A stretch of DNA of 64,000 nt from Bacteroidales bacterium (lineage in GTDB: Bacteria > Bacteroidota > Bacteroidia > Bacteroidales > UBA1402), in the NCBI GenBank assembly GCA_045627385.1, contig JAZQNO010000020.1, positions 11,475-75,474 on the forward strand, given 5' to 3'. The notes beneath the pieces were generated by a model, which saw only the letters and a list, made by a program, of their open reading frames with translations, did not search any database and was not told where the DNA came from. The translations under genes were made by a program, and so were the position numbers. The stretch's first letter is position 1; each line of letters opens with the position of its first letter. Positions 52,401 to 61,267 of the stretch are shown here, in pieces.

Positions 52401-52773
52401 AAACATGTACACCAACAACAACCAGAGCGTTGCTGTGAACTGGCGCTGGCGCAAGGAAGGCGACCAGACACTCATGCCTCGAGCTCTGTATAACTACGGT
52501 TACAACTGGCTGGCCAGTGACCGTTATGTGGAAGATGCCTCCTTCCTGCGCTTCAAATACCTCACCTTCAACTATTCGGTTCCTCGTGAGGTGTTGAAAC
52601 CCTATCATCTGAATTCTCTGAGCATTTATCTTTCCATTCAGAACGTCGCTGTCCTCACCCGTTACACCGGTGTGGATCCTGAAGTCGGTTACAACACCAC
52701 TCAGGTGGCATCCGACGGAAGCAAGACGCCTCGTTCGAAAGATTTCCTGCTCCGTTTAAGACTCGGTTTCTAA
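49468..52773 (+). CDS. SusC/RagA-like TonB-dependent transporter 1
   Basis: CarboxypepD-like N-domain, ALQGRIAGL plug, NPDDIESITVLKDAAS..IWGSKGANGV, LQWEKT, YVEDASFLR, C-terminal F. Confidence 0.96.
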   Translation: MIMKNILKYGSTLLLAFLLSAPSFAQTVVRGKVTAAVDGESLISVTVMEVDANNRVVGVTITNYDGEYAIQVNNTENMLRFKYLGFETKDVAIGSKKVLNVVMEEQSHTLQDAVVTAKATQSDGRFVIPEREVSMAMQKISAEEFDGIQVASIDDALQGRIAGLDIVNVSGEPGAGMSMRIRGTTTLGADADGNRLTSAEPLIVINDIIYDTEIDEGFDFATANQDQYAQLINVNPDDIESITVLKDAASTAIWGSKGANGVLMITTKKGTPGPTRVNYSYSLTRARQPKGLHMLNGDNYTMLMKQAYYNPQLENASSNIPELNYDDTFTEYENYNNNTDWRKEISQIGYTHDHNVTISGGGDKVTFRVSAAYYTQTGTVIGQRLDRLSLRSNINYQVSDRIRFSSDFSYTFSDNDKNYEDLLNNAYNKMPNLSVYAQDWDGNDTDVYYHIRSDSQLNDAQKNMSNPVAVGYLATNNNKSYRTSPNFNLDYELLDRSRTEGSLKASVNVSFDLNSSQVTSYFPKEAANKIWSDQSVNVSERGESESMSLNGRAQLTWRPVFNNRDHSLQVLGRFNIGTSNNGSLSSSIYGLPSSKLKSSTLDAATKSMSNNYSDSRSLQGAGSFHYAYKGRYVFDTTLSVNGSSKFGKSKRFGTFPGFSLKWIVSDEPFFDFVRDYISDMGIRYSFGINGNEPGGGTLQYSRYGKFAEGYIDMTAMYPINMRLNNLQWEKTTQHNIGADFDLVDGKFGIDYNYYFKHTTNMLFSGLGVSSSSGFKTLDYSNVGVMNNQGWEFNGHIRDLVRVNRFSMDLNFNFSNNRNTIIELTDEVLTRYNKDYDFKNGSYLSRVQIGNSVGSIYGFEYLGVYENGKYDPANPSATCPIARDKDGNAILDANGNTKPMMFAYGNTAAYEFKAGDAMYRDINHDGSIDELDIVYLGNSQAKVNGGFGTNFRWGQISMSAFFNFRAGNKVVNSARMNAENMYTNNNQSVAVNWRWRKEGDQTLMPRALYNYGYNWLASDRYVEDASFLRFKYLTFNYSVPREVLKPYHLNSLSIYLSIQNVAVLTRYTGVDPEVGYNTTQVASDGSKTPRSKDFLLRLRLGF

Positions 52774-52785
52774 ATTGATGGAATT

Positions 52786-54423
52786 ATGAAAAGAATACTC
52801 AATAAAATCCAGATTGTCCTGATGTCGTCGGTGATGGCACTCAGTTTCAATTCCTGTGGTGACTGGTTGGAAATCCTGCCGGAAGGCGAGACTCTGCTTG
52901 AAGATTACTGGCAGAATGCCTCTGATGTGCAGGGCGTTGTGGCATCCTGCTATCGTTCCATGCTTGAACCCGCTTGCATTGCACGAATGATTCTTTGGGG
53001 TGAAGTTCGCTCTGACAACATCAATCCCGGTTCAAAAGTCACGACCGACCAGAAATATCTCTTGGAAGCCAACATCCTTCCTACCAACGTTTATTGCGAC
53101 TGGTCAACTCTGTATACGGTCATCAACTACTGCAATACGGTGCTGCATTTCGCACCACAGGTGCAGGATGTAGATAAAAACTATTCCCCACGACAAATGA
53201 ATGCCCATCGGGCCGAAGCTCAGGCTATCCGCGCCTTGTGCTATTTCTATCTGGTGCGCGCTTTCCGTGATGTCCCTTTCAACACAGAGCCGACCATCGA
53301 CGATGACAAGGAATTCGACCTGCCGGCCACTCCGGGTTCGATAATCCTTGACTATATGATTGCCGATCTGAAGGAAGCCAAGCAGAATGCCCAGTCTTCC
53401 TACACGGGCAGCAACGCACTTGCCCACAACAAGGGCCGTTTCAACCGACAGAGCATCCGAGCCTTGTTGGCTGACATTTATCTGTGGAAGGGTATGTATA
53501 AGGAGTGTTTGGACGAGTGCAACGAGTTCCTCGATTACAATGCGTCTCTTTCCCGTACTTCCCGTAATTCGGGTTACAGTTTGGTCGATCCGGATTTCTT
53601 TTTTGATGAAGTGTTCTCCCGCGGCAATTCTTCTGAAAGTATTTTCGAACTTCAGTTCGAATCAGGCACCGAACTTTCCAATTCCAGCATTTCGTCTTTC
53701 TATGGCAATAGCAAGGATGCCGGTCAGCTTTCCGCATCGGCATCGGCCATCCGCAGTTGGGCATTCCCCATGGAAGACGATGATATCCGCAGCAATCTTT
53801 TCATCGGATCTGTCCGCGACGAACTCTACAACGAAATAACCAAATATTCCTGCAGCTCCTGCATCGATAACGGACTCGGCGGTTACACGTTCTCATATCG
53901 CACCAAGAGTGACTGCAACTGGATTGTCTACCGTCTGTCGGACATCTATCTGATTCGTGCCGAGGCTTTGGTCGAACTGGCCAAAGGCAAGGAAACTCAG
54001 GATGTCCAGGTCTGGGAGAAACTTTTGCGCGAGTCAATCAGCATGGTCAACAAGACCTGGTTCCGTTCCCATCCTACCAACCGATTGTCAGACACTCTTT
54101 CGTTCGATGAATATGGCAGTTATTACTCTGTCAGAGATTTGGTGTTCATGGAGCGTCAGCGCGAATTCCTCTTTGAGGGAAAACGCTGGTTCGATTTGGT
54201 CCGAAAGGCTGAACACGACAACGATCCCACATCGGTATGGGAAACGGTAGACCACAAGTATGACAGTCGTTTCTACAATACTACCGAAAATCTGATGAAG
54301 AGCAAGTATTCCTCTATGGATGCATTGTATCTGCCTGTCAGTGAGGATGAAATCCTGGCCAATGATTCTATCCAGCAGAATCCGTTCTACCGGACCAACG
54401 AAACTTCTTCCAAAAACAATTAA
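52786..54423 (+). CDS. SusD/RagB-like lipoprotein 1
   Basis: Lipobox FNSC; YTVINYCN, RALCYFYLVRAF.DVP, YRLSDIYL..AEA, ERQREFLFEGKRWFDLVR. Confidence 0.95.
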   Translation: MKRILNKIQIVLMSSVMALSFNSCGDWLEILPEGETLLEDYWQNASDVQGVVASCYRSMLEPACIARMILWGEVRSDNINPGSKVTTDQKYLLEANILPTNVYCDWSTLYTVINYCNTVLHFAPQVQDVDKNYSPRQMNAHRAEAQAIRALCYFYLVRAFRDVPFNTEPTIDDDKEFDLPATPGSIILDYMIADLKEAKQNAQSSYTGSNALAHNKGRFNRQSIRALLADIYLWKGMYKECLDECNEFLDYNASLSRTSRNSGYSLVDPDFFFDEVFSRGNSSESIFELQFESGTELSNSSISSFYGNSKDAGQLSASASAIRSWAFPMEDDDIRSNLFIGSVRDELYNEITKYSCSSCIDNGLGGYTFSYRTKSDCNWIVYRLSDIYLIRAEALVELAKGKETQDVQVWEKLLRESISMVNKTWFRSHPTNRLSDTLSFDEYGSYYSVRDLVFMERQREFLFEGKRWFDLVRKAEHDNDPTSVWETVDHKYDSRFYNTTENLMKSKYSSMDALYLPVSEDEILANDSIQQNPFYRTNETSSKNN

Positions 54424-54435
54424 TCAAAAACAGAT

Positions 54436-56109
54436 ATGACAGACAAACTGAAACTGTTGTGGATGGTTCCGCTGCTCACGCTGTTCGCCTCATGTACGGA
54501 CAAAATGTGGGATGAGCACTACCAGTCCTATGTGGACGAAATCCTGGATCAGACCCTGATGGATGCCATCAACGAGCGTCCCGAACTGAGCATTTTTTCC
54601 GGAATGCTGAAATCGACCGGATACGATTCCATCCTTTCGCGTTCCCAGAGCTATACCGTCTGGGCTCCTGTCAACGCATCTCTGACGAATCTCAAGTACA
54701 GCGATGACGAACTGAAGACCTTCGTCGAAAACCATATCACCCGTTATCCGCTGACCTGCACATCCATTACGGAAGATGACAAACCTGTGAGTATGCTGAA
54801 CCACAAGAAAATCCGTTTCTCGCGTTCCGGTCCCGGGTATACTTTCGGACAGCAGACCGTCATCGAAAACGACATTACGGTCAACAATGGCATTCTGCAG
54901 GTGCTGGATCATTACGAGCCTTACGTGCGAAACATTTGGGAATTCCTGCAGTATACGCCCGGTTTTGAGAATTATTTCAGATTCCTGAATTCTTATGAAG
55001 AGTACGAGTTCAACGAAGCTGCCAGTACTTTCCTGACTTTCGACGAGAACGGACAGTCGGTTTATGATTCTATTTTTTGGTACAATAACGGGTTGCTATC
55101 CGATATTGGCAGTTTTAAAGACGAAGACAGTTCCTATACGCTGCTGGCTCCAAAAAATGCCGCATGGGACGAAATGTTCGACAGTATCAAATCGTATTTC
55201 GTCTATTCCAACAGTGTCATTCCCCGTCTGGAGACCGGAATGACAATCGGTCCGGACTACAAGGAAGACAACTATGCCGATTCAATGCAGTATCAGTCAA
55301 CCGTATCGGTCATGGCATTGAAAATGTCTTTCCGTGGAGTGCGTACTCCTGAAGACATAGCCGCAGCAACCTATATGAAACCGAATATCTGTGAGGTTTA
55401 CAATTTGGTAGACGAGGAAGACTACATCATCAAGAATCCTGCCGAATTCTTTTCCGATTCCCGCGACACGACTGTCAGCAACGGTGTCGTCTATATGGCT
55501 GACCATCTTCATTTCTCTCCTTCGGACTGGTGCAAGACCGTCAAAGTGGAAGCCGAAAGCAATTCTGGAGCGTTCACTCTTGATCCTGCCGAAATGAGGG
55601 CCCGCAATACCTACAGCCGTCAGACCCGGTCTTATCCCTGGATTTCGGACCAGATTTCAAACAAGGGTTTTCTGGAAGTCGTTCCTGTGAGTTCGACGGA
55701 CAAGGCGTATGCCACTTTCTTTGTCTACGATCTTCAGAGTACCGCCTACAATATTTATGTGGTACTGGTACCTGCCACCTATTACGTTCGCGAGCCTGAA
55801 GCTGAGGATTCGGCCAAATGTCTGCCCAACAAGATGCAGTTTACGCTGGCATATCCTACAGGAGACGGCCTTCGTGAGGAAATCAACTACAACAAGTTCA
55901 CCTACACGAACGATCCTTTCAAGGTGGATACCGTGCTTGTCACGCGTGATGCCGACGGCAATCCTTCGCCGGTCACTTTCCCGTATTGCACTTGTTTTGA
56001 GATTCCTTCGGTCACTTTCAAGGTCTATAATAATGTGAGTTCCAAGGAAACCAAGCGCTATTCGCGCAATCTGCTGATCGACTGCGTGATTTTCGAACCT
56101 GCCCTTTAA
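54436..56109 (+). CDS. Lipoprotein with two FAS1 domains and a C-terminal beta-sandwich
   Basis: Lipobox FASC; YTVWAPVN/NGILQVLD and YTLLAPKN/NGVVYMAD. Confidence 0.85.
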   Translation: MTDKLKLLWMVPLLTLFASCTDKMWDEHYQSYVDEILDQTLMDAINERPELSIFSGMLKSTGYDSILSRSQSYTVWAPVNASLTNLKYSDDELKTFVENHITRYPLTCTSITEDDKPVSMLNHKKIRFSRSGPGYTFGQQTVIENDITVNNGILQVLDHYEPYVRNIWEFLQYTPGFENYFRFLNSYEEYEFNEAASTFLTFDENGQSVYDSIFWYNNGLLSDIGSFKDEDSSYTLLAPKNAAWDEMFDSIKSYFVYSNSVIPRLETGMTIGPDYKEDNYADSMQYQSTVSVMALKMSFRGVRTPEDIAAATYMKPNICEVYNLVDEEDYIIKNPAEFFSDSRDTTVSNGVVYMADHLHFSPSDWCKTVKVEAESNSGAFTLDPAEMRARNTYSRQTRSYPWISDQISNKGFLEVVPVSSTDKAYATFFVYDLQSTAYNIYVVLVPATYYVREPEAEDSAKCLPNKMQFTLAYPTGDGLREEINYNKFTYTNDPFKVDTVLVTRDADGNPSPVTFPYCTCFEIPSVTFKVYNNVSSKETKRYSRNLLIDCVIFEPAL

Positions 56110-56121
56110 TCCGAAACTGCA

Positions 56122-59100
56122 ATGAGTATGAAAAAGTATATGAAAAGTGTTCTGTTGACAGCTGTAATGGCGCTGGGCATGCTCTCTTTTGCGGCTTACG
56201 CGCAGGATAACGGCGATATGGTCAACATCAAGGGTCGGGTGTTCAACTCGGCTACCGGAGATCCTGTCGACGGTGCCAAGGTGAGCATGGGCACTGCCTT
56301 TGTCTACACCCTCGATGATGGTACCTTTGTCTTGAAAGTTAAAAATCCCACGTCCATACTTCGGGTCAGTGCCAATGGATTCGACAGAGGCGATGTGGAA
56401 TGGCGCGGTCGTGACAGCGTGATGGTCTATCTTTCGGCTGCCGAGTTCTCCACTCCTATGGGTTATCGTCCTCAGGTGGATCCTGCCGATATGACGCTTC
56501 TGTCGCGCGGTGCCGCTACCAAGACTGTCGAAGATCTCGACCTGCTTTCGCCGATTGAGACCGTCGAGAGTGTTTTGCTCGACCGTATGGGCGATATCCG
56601 TATCACACGCCGTTCCGGAAAGGAGGGCATCGGTGCCAATATGTATGTCCGCGGTTTCAATTCGATCAACTCGCACTCCCAGCCGCTGATCATTGTGGAC
56701 GGCATCATCACGGAAACTTATCTGGATCTGGAGTCCATCCACGACGGATTCAAAGCCAACTACCTGCTCAACATCGATTTGAAGGATATCGAAAACATTA
56801 CGGTCATCAAAGACGCCACCTCGCTCTACGGTGCCAAGGCTGCCAACGGTGTCATCCTTATCGAGACGGTCCGCGGTCATGACCCTGTCACCCGCATTCT
56901 GGCCAACGCTTCCGCCGGAATCACTCTTCCATATCAGACGCTTCCCATGCTCGACGCCGAGCAGAGCCGCGTGCTGGCCAGCGAAATGTTTGCCGGTACT
57001 TCTTACACTATGGCAGAGGTGGACAATATGGCCCTTTTCAACGATGATCCCAACTATCTGTATTACAACCAGTATCACAACGAAACGGATTGGAGTGACT
57101 GGGTGTTCCAGAATGCTTTCAGCCAGAGCTACGGTGCCCGCGCCACCGGTGGTGACCAGGTCGGTATGTATGCTCTGTCTGTCGGTTTCCTGACCAATCA
57201 AGGTATTCTGGACGGCAATACGATGAACCATCTGAATTTCAGATTCAATTCGGATATCAGCATTTCCAAGACCATCAATCTGCCGGTCGATTTCGCCGTC
57301 AGTTCGGTGCAGTACAACCTCAACAACGACGGTGTCAGCGCTACGGCGCCCGCTTATCAGGCAGCCATCAAGTCTCCGATGTTCTATCCGTATTCGTATT
57401 CGCGTGTAAAGAACGATAACGGCATTTATCCTGTCACTTCGGAAATGGAAGATTATGACATCCTGCTGGTCAACAATCCTGTCTCCATCCTGAACTTGGC
57501 AGAGCAGTCGAGCAAGCAGACCACATTCACGGCATCTGCCCGTCCGAAATGGGATATCAACCAGCACATGTCGCTGAAAGGAACGGCAGCCTATGCCCTC
57601 AACAAATTCTACGAATCTTATTTCACTCCGATTCTGGGTGTGGCTCCGCGTGTCGAATTCTCTTCGGGCGGTTATACCCAAAGATACCTCAACGAGGCTA
57701 AGTCTCAGAGTATGCGTGACATCCGCAATACCTTCGAACTGACTTATGATTACCACAACAGTTTCGGCGGCAATTCGCTCAAGGCGATGGCCGGATGGCG
57801 CTATATGAAGGAATTCCGCGTATGGGATCTGGTCGGCGGTTACAATACCGGTGAAGACAACCAGACTTTCGTAAAGGCCGACCTGTCTTACAAATTCATG
57901 GACGGAGAAGACCGCACGGTCAAGAATCTGTCTTATTTCGCCAATGCGGACTGGAACTATCTCGAAAAGTATTACTTGAATGCCACGGTCTCGATGAACG
58001 CCTCGTCGCGTTTCGGCAAGAATATCGACGGCGCATTGAACCTCTTCGGTGTCAACTGGGCCGTATTTCCTTCCATGACGGCAGCTTGGCTGGTTTCGGC
58101 CGAAGACTTTATGGCAGACCTCAACATGCTCGACATGTTAAAGCTTCGTGCCAGCTACGGTCTGACCGGCAATGACGACATCGAGGATTATCTGTCGTAC
58201 GCCTACTTCGTTTCCTCCAACTATTATGGCAACCTGAACGGTCTTGTACTGGGCAATCTGGGCAATACCAGACTGAAGTGGGAAACGACGACCAAGGCCA
58301 ACTTCGGTGTCGATCTGTCGCTCTTCCGCAACCGTTTTTCGGTGTCTGCCGACGTGTTCAGCCACCGCACTAAAGATTTGCTGGCTCTGAAGGCACTGAA
58401 TCCGATTGCCGGTTTCGATTCCTACTGGGCCAACGACGGCGAGCTCACCAACAAAGGTTACGATGTGTCTGCCAACCTGCGTCTGATTGATACGAAGAAT
58501 TTCCGTTGGGAAGCCTCCGTATCGGCTGCCCATTACAAGAATGAGATTGTCAGCCTGGCCAACGGCGATTATCTGACCGACCTGTATGACGGACAGATTC
58601 TGACGGCTGTCGGCGGTCCTATCGGCCAGTTCTACGGCTTGAAGGCCATCAAGGTGCTGAAGAACGATGCAGAAGCATCCACAGCCAACTATCTGGGTAA
58701 CGATTATGTCTATCTGGTGGGTGAAGATACTTCGAAGAAGCCCTTTACAGCCGGAAACATGTTGTTTGAAGACGTCAACAAAGACGGCTTTATCGACGAG
58801 CACGACAAGCAGGTCATCGGCGATCCGAATCCCGACCTGACGGGTATGCTCAGTTCCAAGATTTCCTACAAGGGTGTCAGCCTCACCGCCATGTTCAACT
58901 ATTCGCTTGGCAACGATGTCTACAACTACTATCGCCGTCAGCTGGAATCCTTGAGCGGTTTCGACAATCAGACCATTGCGACTCTTAACCGCTGGAGATC
59001 GGAAAAGCAACAGACCGTGACCATGCCGAAGGCGACCTACGGAGATCCCATGGGCAACTCCACTTTCTCCAGCCGTTGGATTGAGGACGGCTCCTTCCTG

Positions 59101-59322
59101 CGTCTGAGCAGTCTGAAACTCGCATGGGATGTGCCCTACAAGATTCCCAACATCAACGGACTCACCATTTGGGCCGCCGCCAACAATCTGGCGCTTTGGA
59201 CCCACTATTTGGGCCTGGATCCCGAAACGTCCATTTCGACCAATGTCCTCTGCCAGGGTATTGATGCCGGTCTGCAGCCTCAGTGCCAGTCGTTTATGTT
59301 TGGCCTTAAGTTCAATCTCTAA
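56122..59322 (+). CDS. SusC/RagA-like TonB-dependent transporter 2
   Basis: Signal peptide, RGFNS...QPLIIVDG plug, DIENITVIKDA..YGAKAANGV, LKWETT, WIEDGSFLRL, KFNL end. Confidence 0.95.
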   Translation: MSMKKYMKSVLLTAVMALGMLSFAAYAQDNGDMVNIKGRVFNSATGDPVDGAKVSMGTAFVYTLDDGTFVLKVKNPTSILRVSANGFDRGDVEWRGRDSVMVYLSAAEFSTPMGYRPQVDPADMTLLSRGAATKTVEDLDLLSPIETVESVLLDRMGDIRITRRSGKEGIGANMYVRGFNSINSHSQPLIIVDGIITETYLDLESIHDGFKANYLLNIDLKDIENITVIKDATSLYGAKAANGVILIETVRGHDPVTRILANASAGITLPYQTLPMLDAEQSRVLASEMFAGTSYTMAEVDNMALFNDDPNYLYYNQYHNETDWSDWVFQNAFSQSYGARATGGDQVGMYALSVGFLTNQGILDGNTMNHLNFRFNSDISISKTINLPVDFAVSSVQYNLNNDGVSATAPAYQAAIKSPMFYPYSYSRVKNDNGIYPVTSEMEDYDILLVNNPVSILNLAEQSSKQTTFTASARPKWDINQHMSLKGTAAYALNKFYESYFTPILGVAPRVEFSSGGYTQRYLNEAKSQSMRDIRNTFELTYDYHNSFGGNSLKAMAGWRYMKEFRVWDLVGGYNTGEDNQTFVKADLSYKFMDGEDRTVKNLSYFANADWNYLEKYYLNATVSMNASSRFGKNIDGALNLFGVNWAVFPSMTAAWLVSAEDFMADLNMLDMLKLRASYGLTGNDDIEDYLSYAYFVSSNYYGNLNGLVLGNLGNTRLKWETTTKANFGVDLSLFRNRFSVSADVFSHRTKDLLALKALNPIAGFDSYWANDGELTNKGYDVSANLRLIDTKNFRWEASVSAAHYKNEIVSLANGDYLTDLYDGQILTAVGGPIGQFYGLKAIKVLKNDAEASTANYLGNDYVYLVGEDTSKKPFTAGNMLFEDVNKDGFIDEHDKQVIGDPNPDLTGMLSSKISYKGVSLTAMFNYSLGNDVYNYYRRQLESLSGFDNQTIATLNRWRSEKQQTVTMPKATYGDPMGNSTFSSRWIEDGSFLRLSSLKLAWDVPYKIPNINGLTIWAAANNLALWTHYLGLDPETSISTNVLCQGIDAGLQPQCQSFMFGLKFNL

Positions 59323-59340
59323 TCGCAAAAGAACAAGCTT

Positions 59341-61134
59341 ATGAAACGCTTTAATGTATATGTATGCCTGTTGGCTGTATTAGCTCCGGCATTCGTTTCC
59401 TGCGAAAAGATGCTCGAGGTGGAGTCGAACCGCTATCTGATGGCGAAAGACAACAAACTCGACAACCCCAACGATTCTCTTTACTCCATTGCCGGCATTT
59501 TGAACAAACTGCAGACATTGGGTGACGACTATGTGATTTTGGGTGAGTTGCGTGCCGATATGATGGACGTCACTCACAATGCCGACATCAACCTGCGTGA
59601 AGTGTCGGAACTGATGAATCTGTCGGAAGACAGCTACTGGAACAACGTCAATGACTACTATGTGGTCATCAATCACTGCAATTATCTGATTCAGAATATG
59701 GATACATCGGTGATGGTGAACGGTGCCAAACCGCTTACCGAGGACTGGGCCGCCGCCAAGGCCATCCGTGCCTGGGTCTATATGCAGTTGGCTTTGAACT
59801 ATGGTGAGGCTTATTATTTCGTTTCGCCCATTCTGACAATCGAAGATGTGAGCAAAACCAGAACCAAGCTGAACCGGAGTGAACTTTTCGACCAGCTGAT
59901 TCTGGATCTGAAGGACATTGAAGGCATCAAGATGCCCGATTACGGTAGCATGGGAGGAGTGCAATCCAGTCTGGTGTTCCCGTCGGTCAATTATATGCTC
60001 GGTGAATTGTACCTCTGGCAGAATGAATATGAGAATGCCGCCAGAGTCTTCTATCAGGATATTTTCGACAACCGCCGCACCGTCAATTCTACCACGGCCA
60101 GTTACGTAACGAGTGAGACGGATGCCTACGACACCTATTTTTCCATCACCGATAAATGGTCGACTTCTCTGCAGGCCAATACCGCAGGTGGAGATGTCAT
60201 ATTTGCCATTCCATACTATTACTCGTCTTTGTACGGTCATTTCGAGCAGTGTCCCTTATACCGTCTGACCTATGCCGACTACAAACTGTTTCCGTCGGAA
60301 CGTGCTGTCGACTGGTTCGAAAGTCAGACTTATACCGGATACAACCGCCGTGGTGGCGGTTCGACTGACAACGATGACACTTCCGAAGATGAGGGTATTC
60401 AAGAAGGTTCCAATGACAACTCAATCGTAGAGTTCTCCGGTGACCTGCGCGGCCGTTGGGGCAGTTACGGCCGTTTGTCCGGCCAGATTGTCATTAATGG
60501 TGTCGGCAGTTCGTCGGCCGTTACGGACAACTCGGATGAACTTTTGGATGAAGAGTTCCAGATTACCAAGGAACCGGATGGCTCGCCTTACATCAGAATT
60601 TACAGCAGCGATATCATCTATGTGCAACGTGCGTCTGTTGAATATCTGCGTTTTGCCGAGGCTGTCAACCGCTATGGTTGTCCTTCGCTGGCCCTTGCTG
60701 TGATCAATTATGGTCTTTCCAACAACATTCTGGCCGACTCCACCAAGGTCAACCCCTCCGAATTGGGCCAAGACTTCACGGACTGGAGTTCGGACCGTTT
60801 CAGCCGGAATATCGGTACCCGTTCACGCGGTCAAGGCGTTGCCAAACCGGTTTCTCTTGAAGATTATGCTGAACTTGACACTATTCCGACCCGCGCAGAC
60901 TCCATCAAATGGGTTGAGAAACTCATTCTGGAAGAATGTGCTTTCGAATCGGCTTTCGAGGGTACCCGTTTTCAGGACCTGATGCGTTTCACCCTGCATG
61001 AGCCTAGTGCCAACTATATCGGCAAGGCCATCGGCCTGAAACACGGTGAGGCAGAGAGTGACGAAACCGGAGCGTATCATCTCTGGCTGAAAGACCAGAA
61101 GAACTGGTACCTGCCGTACCCTGATTACGAATAA
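59341..61134 (+). CDS. SusD/RagB-like lipoprotein 2
   Basis: Lipobox FVSC; YVVINHCNY, IRAWVYMQLALNYG, YLRFAEAVN, EECAFESAFEGTRFQDLMR. Confidence 0.9.
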   Translation: MKRFNVYVCLLAVLAPAFVSCEKMLEVESNRYLMAKDNKLDNPNDSLYSIAGILNKLQTLGDDYVILGELRADMMDVTHNADINLREVSELMNLSEDSYWNNVNDYYVVINHCNYLIQNMDTSVMVNGAKPLTEDWAAAKAIRAWVYMQLALNYGEAYYFVSPILTIEDVSKTRTKLNRSELFDQLILDLKDIEGIKMPDYGSMGGVQSSLVFPSVNYMLGELYLWQNEYENAARVFYQDIFDNRRTVNSTTASYVTSETDAYDTYFSITDKWSTSLQANTAGGDVIFAIPYYYSSLYGHFEQCPLYRLTYADYKLFPSERAVDWFESQTYTGYNRRGGGSTDNDDTSEDEGIQEGSNDNSIVEFSGDLRGRWGSYGRLSGQIVINGVGSSSAVTDNSDELLDEEFQITKEPDGSPYIRIYSSDIIYVQRASVEYLRFAEAVNRYGCPSLALAVINYGLSNNILADSTKVNPSELGQDFTDWSSDRFSRNIGTRSRGQGVAKPVSLEDYAELDTIPTRADSIKWVEKLILEECAFESAFEGTRFQDLMRFTLHEPSANYIGKAIGLKHGEAESDETGAYHLWLKDQKNWYLPYPDYE

Positions 61135-61153
61135 TTATTTAAAACTCTGATAG

Positions 61154-61192
61154 AGAGGGGGTTCCCGAAATTGCGGGATTCCCCTCTTTTTT
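61154..61192 (+). terminator. Intrinsic terminator closing the fasciclin-SusCD locus
   Basis: AGAGGGGGTTCCCG-AAATTG-CGGGATTCCCCTCT followed by a T-run. Confidence 0.85.
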
Positions 61193-61267
61193 GTGCCTAA
61201 AGGTCTGGGAAAAATGAGGTATTTTGAGTACCTTCGCGCACAAAAGACAACAATTTTTTTCCCCTAT

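Noticed and set aside
47537-59328. Several 400-700 aa minus ORFs opposite the Fas/SusC genes
   Set aside because: Shadow frames with V/D/G-rich composition typical of the reverse complement of N/Y/T-rich genes
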